Assembly: GCF_000142905.1 (NCBI RefSeq)
Contig: NW_013657678.1
Span: 62,001-126,000 of the forward strand
Direction: 5' to 3'
From: Thecamonas trahens ATCC 50062
Taxonomy: Eukaryota > Protista > Apusomonadida
Length of the DNA stretch: 64,000 nucleotides
Shown: positions 41,260 through 51,426 of the stretch, one piece after another
Layout: each line of letters begins with the position of its first letter
How positions within the stretch are numbered: the first letter of the stretch is position 1
The notes under the pieces: model-generated
Databases searched by the model: none
The model's input: only the letters and a program-made list of their open reading frames with translations
Told to the model about the DNA's origin: nothing
Made by a program: the position numbers and the translations under genes

Positions 41260-42606
41260 ATGGGACGCAAGTTCAACCCCAACACGCTCAAGGTCCAGCT
41301 GAAGCTGGCGGTGAACCGGCTCAAGCTCGTCCAGAACAAGAAGAGCAACAAGAACAAGGCGGCGAGGAGGGAGATTGCCCAGCTGCTCGAGGCTGGCAAG
41401 GAGGAGTCGGCGAGGATCAAGGTCGAGCACATCATTCGCGAGGACTACACTGTGGAAGCCTATGAGATTCTCGAGCTCTACTGTGACCTGCTCCTTGCCC
41501 GATACGGTCTTGTCACCGCTCCGGGCGATGAGTGTGATACCGGCATCCGCGAGGCCGTCGAGACCCTCATCTGGGCCGCCCCGCGGGCAGAGATCAAGGA
41601 GCTTCCCATCGTCCGCGAGCAGCTCATTCGTCGCTACGGCCCCGACTTTGCCAAGGCTGCCATGTCGGCAGACAACGAGATCATCAACCCGCGGGTCCGC
41701 CACAAGCTCTCGATCATGACCCCCGAGGTCAAGCTTGTCAACTTGTACCTCTCCGAGATTGCCAAGGCCCACAACATCGAGTTTGACCCGGGGCTTGAGC
41801 TCGAGCCCATCGTCAACCTGTATGGCACTCCGCCGCCAAGCGGCCCCGCCCCCGGCGGGCCGGGTGCTCCCGGCGGCGGCACCGGCGGCCCGGGCGGCCC
41901 GGGCGTCTCCGCCGACCTGCGCGGCCTCTTCATGCCGGGCGCCCCGGGCATGCCCGCCGCCCCGGGTGCGCTCCCGGCCTCGACCTTCCTTGACCAGCCG
42001 GTTCCGCAGATGCAGCCGCCGCTGCAGCCGATGCCTGCCCACCAGCCGACGGCTATGCCCATGGGCCAGCCCGGCGTCGGCTACCCGGGCATGATGCAGC
42101 AGCAGCCGATGGCCCCGCAGCAGCCGGGCATGATGCACTTTTCCTCGCCCGAAGAGCGGGCCCAGTACGAGCAGTTCCTCGCCTGGCAGCAGCGGCAGGC
42201 CATGATGCCCGCCCCTGCACCCGCCCCGGCGCCTGTCAGCGATTCGCTCCCGGCATACACCCCGCCGGTCGCCGGCAAGCCCTCGCCGCAGCCGTCGCCG
42301 CAGCCGTCGCCTGCTCCCGCCCCGGCCACCGATCCCGCCTACGTCAGCCCAGGCGCACTCCCGCCAGGCTACCAGCTGCAGGCCTCTGGCCACACCCCGG
42401 CCAACCCGGCAAACCAGCCGCCGCCAGCCTCGGCCTCACAGCCGAGCGTCAACGAGTTTGGCCTCCCGATTGCCCCTTCTGGCACCCCCACCGGCGGTGC
42501 GGGCTCGGGCAGCAGTGGAGGTGCCGGTGGCGGTGCCGGTGGCGATGAAGACGTGCCCGACTTTGAGGACCTCGCCGCTCGCTTTGCCGCTCTCAAGCGC
42601 AACTAA
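41260..42606 (+). CDS. IST1: IST1 (ESCRT-III-like regulator of Vps4)
   Basis: LKLAVNRLKL..ARIKVEHIIRED..EILELYCDLLLAR; C-terminal MIM DFEDLAARFAALK. Confidence 0.95.
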   Translation: MGRKFNPNTLKVQLKLAVNRLKLVQNKKSNKNKAARREIAQLLEAGKEESARIKVEHIIREDYTVEAYEILELYCDLLLARYGLVTAPGDECDTGIREAVETLIWAAPRAEIKELPIVREQLIRRYGPDFAKAAMSADNEIINPRVRHKLSIMTPEVKLVNLYLSEIAKAHNIEFDPGLELEPIVNLYGTPPPSGPAPGGPGAPGGGTGGPGGPGVSADLRGLFMPGAPGMPAAPGALPASTFLDQPVPQMQPPLQPMPAHQPTAMPMGQPGVGYPGMMQQQPMAPQQPGMMHFSSPEERAQYEQFLAWQQRQAMMPAPAPAPAPVSDSLPAYTPPVAGKPSPQPSPQPSPAPAPATDPAYVSPGALPPGYQLQASGHTPANPANQPPPASASQPSVNEFGLPIAPSGTPTGGAGSGSSGGAGGGAGGDEDVPDFEDLAARFAALKRN

Positions 42607-42758
42607 CCACCTCATCGCGCTCCGTAAACCCCAACACAGCCCATTCCGTCTCCTGCCCAATTCGCCCGTCCCGCCTTCAACTCGCGCGGCCGCCCTCCCC
42701 GCGCTCCGCGCCGTCCCAACCCCCCACTCCTCCCCACACTCGCCACCGCCCACTCGAC

Positions 42759-45152
42759 ATGACCCGCATGCCCTACAGACTACCTGTTCTCGCCATCCTT
42801 GCTCTCGTTGTGGCCTCACTCGCAGTATTTTCCCCGGCCATGGCCATGGACGGACCCGCTGCCGACGCCGCCCGTCGCCGGGTTGAGGCCCTCATCGCCC
42901 ACGCCGTCGACGGATACATGGCGCACGCGGCGCCGGCTGATGAGCTGCGCTCGCTCTCGTGTCGTGGAATGGAAACCTTTGGAGGCTATGCCCTGACCCT
43001 GGTCGATGCTCTGGATACTTTGCTGATGATCGGTGATGCGCCGCGGGCCAGGCTCGCCCTCGACGCGCTGAGAGCCTCGCATCTGGCGGCAGAGCGCTTT
43101 GCCCTCGATGCCACTGTCTCGGTCTTTGAGACAAACATCCGCATCGTCGGTGGCCTGCTCTCTGCTCACGAGCTGGCGCCGGCTGTTCTTGGTCCGTCAA
43201 CAAGCGTCGACGACCTGCTCGACCTCGCGGTGGCTCTCGTCGACCGCATGCTCCCGGCCTTTGACACGCATACCGGCATCCCGTTTTGTTCGATCCATCT
43301 TGTGCACGGCGTTGCGCCGGATGAGACGCCGGAGACTTCGACCGCCTGTGGCGGCTCGATGCTCCTCGAGTTTGGTGTGCTCTCGGCGCTCACCGGAGAG
43401 GCCAAGTACTACGCCGCCGCGCGGCGGTCATGGCTCGCCCTGGCCGCCGCCGCCGTCAATGGCCTCGTTGGCTCGCACATCAACGTCCAGACTGCGACTT
43501 GGACAGAGGCCAAGGCCACCATTGCCTCCAACGTCGACTCGTTCTACGAGTATGGCCTCAAGGCCGGCCTCCTGTTCGGCGACCACGAGATCCTCGACGC
43601 CGCACTCGAGCTCATCGCGTCCGCAGAGTCACGTCTCGCCCGCGGGCCTTGGTACGTCTCGCTCCATCTCACCGCCGGCAAGCTAATTCATCCGGTCGGA
43701 CCCGAGCACCTCGGTGCCTTTTGGCCGGGCCTCCTCACCCTCGCCGGTGCCCCGGCCCGCGCCGCAGACATCGCCATGGCCTACACTGCCGTCCTCCGCA
43801 AGCACGGCATGCTCCCGGAGCGCTTCGACCTCATCAACAACGCCATCCCTGAAGCTACTCATCCCGGCTCGGCTGCCTGGCACCTCCGTCCTGAGCTCGT
43901 AGAGTCGTACTACTACCTCGCCCGCGCCGATCGCGACTCGGCCCGCTGGCTCCTCCACGCCGAGACCATTGTTAACGGTCTCGAGGACGTGGCCCGGAGC
44001 CCGTGTGGATTTGCTTCGGTCAAGGACGTGCGCTCTCGTCTCCGTCTCGACCGCATGGAGTCGTTTGTCCTCTCCGAGACGCTCAAGTACGCCTGGCTCG
44101 TCTTTGCCGCCCATCCCCGTGCAGACCTCTCGCACCTCCCACCGCAGATGCGCGCCCTCGTCGCTGACGATGGCTTTATCCTCACCACCGAAGGCCATCC
44201 GATTCCACTGCTCGGCCGCGACTGGTACGGCCGCCTCGTTGCCTCAGGCGCCCTGCTCCGCAGCCGCCCGTCGTCTGTACACCTCTGCAACGCCCTCCAT
44301 CCCGCGGGCATCTCGCCACCGTTTGCCGGGTGGCTCGCTCTCGACACCGCCTTCCACACCGGACTCGCCGATCGCGACGCGGCCCGCCTCGCCAACGACG
44401 GCACCGACACCGCCTTTCGCATCTGTGCCGCCACCTCGACCGGTGACCCGATGTGGACCATCGTTGTCGGGCCAGACGTCGACCTCAGTGTCGTGCCCGC
44501 GCCAAGCGAGCTTGACGAGCCGGACCATGTGATCATGACTTCAATCGCCGACATAGACATCGCGAGTGGCGTCACGCCGCTGTTTGCATGGCGCGGGCCA
44601 GTGGCTCCTGCTGTCTTGCCTCTCCACGGCCGGTCGCACACACGGTACGCGGTGACAGTGGTCGAAGCGGGCGACCAGGCGGTGCTGGCGTTTCCGCCCG
44701 CGCTAGCCATGTGCTGGGAGGCGAGCGGCGCGCGGTTTGGTCTGCCGCTGCAGGCGGGAGCCTGGCGCGACGTCGCCGTGCCTACGGTGGACTTTACCTG
44801 CGCGCCGCGACCCGGCTCGGTGGGCACGGCGTTGGCGCGGCGCGGCGGATGCACCTTTGTCGACAAGGCTGCCCAAGCCCGCGCCCAACTCGGTGCCGAG
44901 CTGCTGTTTGTGGCTAACTCGCCCGGCGACGCCGAATTCATCGACATGATCGGGGTTGGAGGTGCCGACGAGGCGAGCTTGCCGACCACGCTGATGGTGA
45001 GCGCCGAGGCTGGTGACGAGCTGCTAGCGCTGGCGCGCGCAGGGCCGCGCATCCAGCTCCGGCTCCGCCGACTCGTTGGCGAGCGGCATCTGGCGTTTCA
45101 GGGCACGCGTGTCGCCAACATTGTCCTCCTCGACGACGAGGGTGACGATTAG
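42759..45152 (+). CDS. EDEM-like GH47 alpha-1,2-mannosidase with PA domain
   Basis: Signal peptide; SVFETNIR, DSFYEY, LRPELVES, MESFVLSETLKY, TTEGHP; RRGGCTFVDKA. Confidence 0.92.
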   Translation: MTRMPYRLPVLAILALVVASLAVFSPAMAMDGPAADAARRRVEALIAHAVDGYMAHAAPADELRSLSCRGMETFGGYALTLVDALDTLLMIGDAPRARLALDALRASHLAAERFALDATVSVFETNIRIVGGLLSAHELAPAVLGPSTSVDDLLDLAVALVDRMLPAFDTHTGIPFCSIHLVHGVAPDETPETSTACGGSMLLEFGVLSALTGEAKYYAAARRSWLALAAAAVNGLVGSHINVQTATWTEAKATIASNVDSFYEYGLKAGLLFGDHEILDAALELIASAESRLARGPWYVSLHLTAGKLIHPVGPEHLGAFWPGLLTLAGAPARAADIAMAYTAVLRKHGMLPERFDLINNAIPEATHPGSAAWHLRPELVESYYYLARADRDSARWLLHAETIVNGLEDVARSPCGFASVKDVRSRLRLDRMESFVLSETLKYAWLVFAAHPRADLSHLPPQMRALVADDGFILTTEGHPIPLLGRDWYGRLVASGALLRSRPSSVHLCNALHPAGISPPFAGWLALDTAFHTGLADRDAARLANDGTDTAFRICAATSTGDPMWTIVVGPDVDLSVVPAPSELDEPDHVIMTSIADIDIASGVTPLFAWRGPVAPAVLPLHGRSHTRYAVTVVEAGDQAVLAFPPALAMCWEASGARFGLPLQAGAWRDVAVPTVDFTCAPRPGSVGTALARRGGCTFVDKAAQARAQLGAELLFVANSPGDAEFIDMIGVGGADEASLPTTLMVSAEAGDELLALARAGPRIQLRLRRLVGERHLAFQGTRVANIVLLDDEGDD

Positions 45153-45157
45153 AAAGA

Positions 45158-48100
45158 CTACCGTGGCGCCGAGGCCGAGCGCGCGGCGACGAGGGCGCCC
45201 AAGTCGGAGAAGATCTTGGAGACCGGCCGCGACGGGAGGTGTGCATCAAAGAGGCTGGTCATGATCCGGCGCTTGTCGTCAGTGGTGAGCAAGAGGTCGT
45301 CGACATTGGCGAGCGCAGCGTGGAGCCAGGCCTGGAACTGGTCGCGCTGCGAGTAGTACATCTGCTCGATAAGGTCCTCGACCCGTGCCGCACCGCCGGT
45401 GACAAAGAAGACACAGTGGAGGGCGGCGGCAACAGCGGCCGGGCCGATCTCCCCTGCCAGCGGAACAAGGAGCTGGTGGTAGAACGCTTCCGATGGCATC
45501 GACTCGAGATAGCTCTCGGCTTCCGGGCCCGCAGTGTACTGGAAAAGGGTCTCGATGACCGCGAGGCCCTGGGTGGCGAGGCTTGGCCAGTCGGTGACCA
45601 CAAGCTCGAGGGCGAGCGAGGTGACCGCCCGCACCAGCGCTGCCCCGTCGTCCGAGTCAAAGTATGTGAGGAGATTGACAAAGAACAGCATGAAGATGTC
45701 GCAGTAGACCATGATGCTCGTGCCGTGGCCCACAAGTCGGTCGCCGTCCCAAGCCGGTGAGAGAGCAAACGGATCTGGCGCGCACAGCGCAAGCAGTTGC
45801 GACGAGGCACCAAAGAAAGCGCCGGCCACAAACACGGCAATGGCCCTTGCATCGTCGTCGGCAAGCTCTCCGCCAGCGTGCTCGTCCATCAGCGCCCGTT
45901 GCGGCGAGGCGAGATCGACGACCGGTGCGTATACATCGAATACCACGTTGAGGAACTCGTATACCTCACCGAGCGGCTCGTTCAGCACCTCGACGGTGGC
46001 GCGGACGAGGTCAAACGCCGCCAGCGGTGACGCCTTCATCAGCACTTGCAGTAGCCGCAACGAGGCGGCAAGGAGGTCCAGGCCGGCGGCCGAGCGAGCG
46101 GCAAAGGCGGCAGCAGCGAGACGGTGCAGCACGCCTCCGGTCCGCTCGAGAATGGTGGCCGCTGGCGTGGCGAGGCCAGAAGCCGCAAAGTTGGTCGCCT
46201 GCCCACGCGAGCGGTGGATGCCGAGCGCCAGCCGGTGGATCAGGTTGATGCCGGTCCGCGCCGCGTCGACCGCGCCCGCCTCTCCCGACTCGACCATGTC
46301 GGTGATCGCCGCCAGCGGAGCAATGAGAGGCGAGAGGAGCGCGTCGAGCGCGGCAAGCGCCGGTCTCGGCTCCATGATCGCGGCCACGGCTGCGAGCGCA
46401 AAGGTGATGGTGCCAGCAGTGTAGTCGTCGAGGTCGCCGAGTGTGCCTGACGCCGCGAGCGGCTGACTCACAAGGCGAGTGAAGAGGGTAAGGAGCGCGT
46501 CAAACGACGGCCGCATCACTTCCTGAGCTCGCATGCAGAGCGAGTTGAGGGCGGCGGCGGCGGCCTGGTTGACGCCGGCGTTCGACGTTTCGAGCGCGGC
46601 AAGGAGATAGTTGAGGACAGCCTCGATGGCTTGCGGATGCGCCTTGAGCCAGTGCGGAAAGGCGGCGACCACCGCGAGCATGGCTTCGATAATCTCGGCG
46701 CTTGCGGCGAGGCACTCTGCATCGAGCGAGAAGAACAGCGCGCCGACAAGCGTAGTCTCGGACGGGTAGACCGAGGGCCCAAGAGCCGCGAGGCAGGCAA
46801 GGAGCGAGCGCAGGAGGCGCGGCTCGAGGCTCGCCGCCCCGGGCGAGTACAGCAGCTGCCACGGCTGGCCAGCAGTTGGCGCTGCGGCAGCGCTGCTGTC
46901 GGCATTAGCATGCTCGGCCCAGAGCTCAGTGAGCCAGCCGAGAACGACACCCGCCGACGCAACGTCGGCGATGGCGGCGACGATGGCCTCGGACGACGAC
47001 GAGATCTCAGCATTGCGCCCAGCGGCGGCGAGCTGCGGCTCGAGTCGGTGCGACGCTAGATGTAGGGCGTTGCGGATGACGACGTACGAGAGGAGGGTGC
47101 GGAAGAGGTCATTGTACCGCTCGCCGAGCTGCTCAGTCACGTTGATGCTGTCGTGCGCAATGGCGCCACCGAGCGAGTCGATGAAAATGCGCCAAAAGTG
47201 GAGGACCGACGAGGTCACATCCTCGTCGTCCACGGTGAGGAGCTCGACCATGAACGAGGCGTACGCCATTGTCTCGTCCGAGTTGAGGACCTGGATGTAC
47301 GACTGGTATGAGATGCCGGTCTCGACAATGAGCCGCAGGAGGACGTCGGCAATGGGCGCGCTCGCGTCAAAGCTCGAGGTGAGGGCGACAATGCGCGGAA
47401 AGACAGCCCCAACCACGTCGACATACTCGGCTTGGCTCTCAAGCATCTCGTCGTACTCCTCGGGCGCGAGCGAGTCGTACTGATCAGCGAGCTGGTGCGA
47501 CATGAGCACCTCGGAGACCTCGATGATGCTGAGGAGGACGGCGGCGAGGCCCTCGAGCATCGGGCCGCGCGCAGAGACGCCGGCCAGCGAGTCAAACATG
47601 GCCTCGACCACGCCCGACTCGGCCAGCGCCTCGCCAGTCATGTAGCGGACCCACTGCGCGATGGCATCGAGCACCGCACCCGCGGCAGCCTCGGACGGGG
47701 CCGAGCTTAGGACCGAGCCGAGGAGCGAGACAACCGCAGCTGCAGAGTCGGGCGCCAGCGAAGTGTCTTCGGCCTCGGCCTGGAGGGCCGGATCAAGGAG
47801 GAGCGAGGTGTTGGCCACCTCCTCGGGGAAGAGGCGGAGGAAGACAACAAGCGCGTGCGTGCCGACGGCCTTGTCCGGCACCTGCTCGGTAAAGATGGTG
47901 ACAGCATCCGAGATGACATCGGGCCACTCGGCCGGGCCCATGTGCAGCGCCAGCGCAACAAGCGCCAGCACCAGCTGCGTCTCCACCGACGAGCCCGGAA
48001 CTGAGGCCGCAGCATCGACGACGAGGCCGACAAGCCTCGCCCGGACATCCAGGCGCTCATCGACCGATTCCAGCTGGTGTGCGGCAGTCAAGACCTTGTA

Positions 48101-48310
48101 CCTCAGCGTCTGCGCAGCAAAGAGCGCAAACGGAGTCTCCATGCCCGTGCTCGACAGAGCCTCAAACGCCGCCGTCCACACACTCGCCGACACCCGCGCC
48201 CTCTGCAGCCATTGGTCCGACTCGGTCCGGTCGGCCGCCGTCGCCTCGGGGTCTTGCAGGCGGTGAAAGTGGGCAGAGAGTGCCTCCAGCGACACGACCT
48301 CTTCTGCCAT
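45158..48310 (-). CDS. Importin-beta family karyopherin (transportin-3/importin-13-like)
   Basis: DQWLQ..S..W..FAAQTLRYKV, TQLVLAL..LAL, LRLFPEEV; HEAT-like helices; about 1050 aa. Confidence 0.8.
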   Translation of the reverse strand: MAEEVVSLEALSAHFHRLQDPEATAADRTESDQWLQRARVSASVWTAAFEALSSTGMETPFALFAAQTLRYKVLTAAHQLESVDERLDVRARLVGLVVDAAASVPGSSVETQLVLALVALALHMGPAEWPDVISDAVTIFTEQVPDKAVGTHALVVFLRLFPEEVANTSLLLDPALQAEAEDTSLAPDSAAAVVSLLGSVLSSAPSEAAAGAVLDAIAQWVRYMTGEALAESGVVEAMFDSLAGVSARGPMLEGLAAVLLSIIEVSEVLMSHQLADQYDSLAPEEYDEMLESQAEYVDVVGAVFPRIVALTSSFDASAPIADVLLRLIVETGISYQSYIQVLNSDETMAYASFMVELLTVDDEDVTSSVLHFWRIFIDSLGGAIAHDSINVTEQLGERYNDLFRTLLSYVVIRNALHLASHRLEPQLAAAGRNAEISSSSEAIVAAIADVASAGVVLGWLTELWAEHANADSSAAAAPTAGQPWQLLYSPGAASLEPRLLRSLLACLAALGPSVYPSETTLVGALFFSLDAECLAASAEIIEAMLAVVAAFPHWLKAHPQAIEAVLNYLLAALETSNAGVNQAAAAALNSLCMRAQEVMRPSFDALLTLFTRLVSQPLAASGTLGDLDDYTAGTITFALAAVAAIMEPRPALAALDALLSPLIAPLAAITDMVESGEAGAVDAARTGINLIHRLALGIHRSRGQATNFAASGLATPAATILERTGGVLHRLAAAAFAARSAAGLDLLAASLRLLQVLMKASPLAAFDLVRATVEVLNEPLGEVYEFLNVVFDVYAPVVDLASPQRALMDEHAGGELADDDARAIAVFVAGAFFGASSQLLALCAPDPFALSPAWDGDRLVGHGTSIMVYCDIFMLFFVNLLTYFDSDDGAALVRAVTSLALELVVTDWPSLATQGLAVIETLFQYTAGPEAESYLESMPSEAFYHQLLVPLAGEIGPAAVAAALHCVFFVTGGAARVEDLIEQMYYSQRDQFQAWLHAALANVDDLLLTTDDKRRIMTSLFDAHLPSRPVSKIFSDLGALVAARSASAPR

Positions 48311-48613
48311 GGCTTGTCTGTGGAGCGAGCTGGTGGTGGTGGCGTGAGGTAGGCTAGGCAAAGGCTGGGCGGGTGGCCGTGAGCGAGGTGTGCCGGTGGC
48401 GGTGGATGGGAGAAGGTCGTGGTTTTGCCGGCGATTGGGCGACACACGGGGTCAAGGAGGGGTAGGCGGGGGGGGGGGGGGGGGAGGGAGGCGGGGGGGG
48501 GGGATGGCGGGGCGTCCCCACTGGTCAAGCAGAGCACACTTGACGCACAGGTTTGGACGTGTACCTGTACTTCTTCTTCTCCTTCCCCTTGGCAGCTGTA
48601 GTGAAAGAATACC

Positions 48614-48937
48614 ATGGACGTGGCTGGCTTTGAGGCGCGGGCAGCAGAGGCTGAGCAGAGGTTGAAGGCGCTGGAGGCGGCGGTGGCGGCGGGCGCGGGC
48701 GCAGGGCCGTCGTCGACGCTGGGTGTGGACTCGGGTGTGGTGGAGGAGCTCAACAAGGACAATGCACGCCTGCGGTACCAGGTCAAGCACCTCATCCGCT
48801 CGCTTGAGGCCGAAGAGCACGCCCGCGCTGAGGAGACCGGTGCCCTCCAGGCCGAGGTCGCTCGCCTCCAGTACCAGGTCAAGCACCTGGTCCGCTCGCT
48901 GGAGAACGAGGAGGCCAAGAACGCTGCCGATGCCTGA
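48614..48937 (+). CDS. Small coiled-coil protein with a duplicated RLxYQVKHLxRSLE motif
   Basis: 107-aa ORF; 96-bp internal duplication. Confidence 0.7.
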   Translation: MDVAGFEARAAEAEQRLKALEAAVAAGAGAGPSSTLGVDSGVVEELNKDNARLRYQVKHLIRSLEAEEHARAEETGALQAEVARLQYQVKHLVRSLENEEAKNAADA

Positions 48938-49460
48938 AGGACGATTGCCATCCGTGGCTCCTGCCTGCGGCTGCCGCCTTGTTGCCGCGCCGTGGGCGCC
49001 AGATCGACAGCGCTTGCGTCCATGGCCGCCGCCATGGATCTGCCCGGGCCCAGGCATGCCTTGGCCGGTATGACCGTAGATAAAACATGTCCTTGGTCAC
49101 GGCATGCTTGCGATTGGAGGGGGTGGCGAGGCGGGGAGGGGGGGGGAGGTGGAGCAGTGCGACGATACGAGCAAGCGAAAAAGCGAAAGATCACCGTTTC
49201 TGACAATGCCGGGTGATGTTGACTATGTCACCGCAAACAACACCTCCATCTTGCCTGCCAGCTGGGCGATTCCGCTCCGAGAAAGGGCCATCAACAAGCT
49301 CAAAGCTCCACTCTTGCCTCTTGCTCATTCCGATGGGCGCTTCTATCTCTGCAGCTGGCGCACTGCGTGTGATGGCGGCTGGCAAACGCTCGTCGGCGTG
49401 CGAGTTGCAATGGCACAATTTTACGGTGATGATTCTACTTTCATTGCACCCGACTCCACC

Positions 49461-50030
49461 ATGGCGACGGCAAGCGCAAGCATTGGCGTGGGGCGGGCGG
49501 GGGTGAAGCACACGACGCTGGTGTACCTTGTGGACCAGGCGGCATCGCGCATTCTTCTTGCGCTCAAGAAGCGCGGAATGGGTGCCGGCAAGGTCAACGG
49601 GCCGGGCGGCAAGGCCGATGTGAGCGCCGGCGACACCAGCATCCGGGCGACGGCGATTCGCGAGACGCAGGAGGAGATGGGCATCACGCCGACGGATCTG
49701 CAGGCGCGCGGCCTCATCTCATTTGTTTTTACCAACGACGGCGAGCACTCGTGGGACAACGACTGCACCATCTTCTTCGGCACTCAGTGGGACGGCGAGC
49801 CGACCGAGTCGGACGAGATGGCGCCCGAGTGGCATCCGCTCGACGCTGTGCCGTACGACCGCATGTGGCCCGACGACGAGCTTTGGCTCCCTGATCTGCT
49901 TGCCGGCAAGGAGGTGTACTGGCAGTTTACCTTTGACGGCGACGCCATTGTCGACTCGGCGTCGTACGCCGACCTCCCGACAATGCTCGCTGCTATCGGC
50001 GCACCCGAGGCGGCAGCGCTTGACGCGTGA
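49461..50030 (+). CDS. NUDT1: 8-oxo-dGTPase MTH1-like Nudix hydrolase (start may be further upstream, e.g. 49206)
   Basis: LLALKKRGMGAGKVNGPGGK..AIRETQEEMG, ESDEMAP.W, PYDRMWPDD..W. Confidence 0.88.
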   Translation: MATASASIGVGRAGVKHTTLVYLVDQAASRILLALKKRGMGAGKVNGPGGKADVSAGDTSIRATAIRETQEEMGITPTDLQARGLISFVFTNDGEHSWDNDCTIFFGTQWDGEPTESDEMAPEWHPLDAVPYDRMWPDDELWLPDLLAGKEVYWQFTFDGDAIVDSASYADLPTMLAAIGAPEAAALDA

Positions 50031-50050
50031 GCCGGCGCTTACGACGCAGT

Positions 50051-50962
50051 TCACGACGCAGTACGCGCCTGGGTGCGCGCCTCGGGACGGCTCACAAAGG
50101 CGCGGATCGAGCCTGCGGCCTGGATCCGCCGCAGAAGGGCCGACATGTGCGGCGCTGCCGCGACGGCGCCGGCGACGTGGACTGGGAACGCGAGCGTGTT
50201 GGCCGCGGTGGCGACGGCCAGCAGGCCGGCTGTTTCGCCGACCTCGGCAGCGAGCCCCCACGAGGCGAGCATGCCCTCGACGTCGACGCCGTACGAGATG
50301 GCTCCATAAAACGCGGCAACCTTGCTGAGGCCAACCACACGCCGACCGATGAGCAGCGCAGCGCCGTAGGTGTCAATCGGGCCCTCGAGCTTCCGCATCC
50401 AGCGCTCAACCTTTTGCACCGCTGCCGCCGACTCGACCGACGCGTCCTCGCGCGGTGCCGTTCCGAGGAAAGAGTTGCGCGGCGTGACCAGCAGCGCGGA
50501 GACCTTGATCCGGGTCAGGATCGGGGCCAGCTTGGCCAGCGGCACCGCCGCCGCCACCCCCAGCGGGAACGAAAGCCGCGCTGTCAGTCGGCCGGCCACG
50601 TACGCCAGCGCCATTGCCGGCGATGCGCTCACTCCAGCTACCGCCAGCGCTCCGTACAGCACGCCCCAGGTCGAGAGCGCCGCCACAGGATAGCTGAGAA
50701 AGGCGCCCGTCGGATGTCTCCGCAGCGTCCGATTCAGCATCGCAACGACTGCCTCGGCACGCCCCTCCTCCTCCTTTCCGCCCTTTGAGCCTGTGGGGCT
50801 TCTACTCGCCCCATCCGCCGCATGTCCCAGCCCAGACCCGTCCCTCACATCACCGCTTCCGCCGCCACCTGCCTCGCTCGCCAGCCGCCGACTCGGCCAC
50901 CCGGCCACCGCCCCCAACCCAGCCCTCCGACCAGCCGCACCCAGCACCACAAGCCGCAGCAT
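50051..50962 (-). CDS. Probable mitochondrial membrane protein with FAM210/DUF1279-like repeats
   Basis: Arg/Ala presequence; YG..FYGAISYGVDV..L..WG..G.LAVA..N....P motif, with a weaker copy upstream. Confidence 0.55.
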   Translation of the reverse strand: MLRLVVLGAAGRRAGLGAVAGWPSRRLASEAGGGGSGDVRDGSGLGHAADGASRSPTGSKGGKEEEGRAEAVVAMLNRTLRRHPTGAFLSYPVAALSTWGVLYGALAVAGVSASPAMALAYVAGRLTARLSFPLGVAAAVPLAKLAPILTRIKVSALLVTPRNSFLGTAPREDASVESAAAVQKVERWMRKLEGPIDTYGAALLIGRRVVGLSKVAAFYGAISYGVDVEGMLASWGLAAEVGETAGLLAVATAANTLAFPVHVAGAVAAAPHMSALLRRIQAAGSIRAFVSRPEARTQARTAS

Positions 50963-51172
50963 CTCCAGTTCGGTTCGCACTCTGTCTCCCTCTCTCGGTG
51001 TGAAACGAGTGGGGTGTGGCCTAGGTAGGCCCTGGTGAGGTCCAGCGGGAAGGAAGCGGGAAGGGGGGGGAGGGGGGAGCGGGAAGGGGGGGGGAGGGCA
51101 TAGGAGGGGAGTCCCGTCCCGCCCGAGGCAGGCCGGACCCTCCTCCCCTTTCCTTCCCACCATCGATCGAGT

Positions 51173-51272
51173 NNNNNNNNNNNNNNNNNNNNNNNNNNNN
51201 NNNNNNNNNNNNNNNNNNNNNNNNNNNNNNNNNNNNNNNNNNNNNNNNNNNNNNNNNNNNNNNNNNNNNNNN
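51173..51272. other. Assembly gap
   Basis: N run. Confidence 1.
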
Positions 51273-51426
51273 ATCCAATCCATCCTTACATCCATCGTCA
51301 TCAACCCCCCCCCCCCTACCCACTACGTCACGGTGTGCCCGTGTCCGTCTCGCTCGCGTGTCGCGTGCGACCACCACCCCACCACTTCACCCCCCACTCC
51401 CCCTCCCCTCCCCCTCCCCTTCCACC

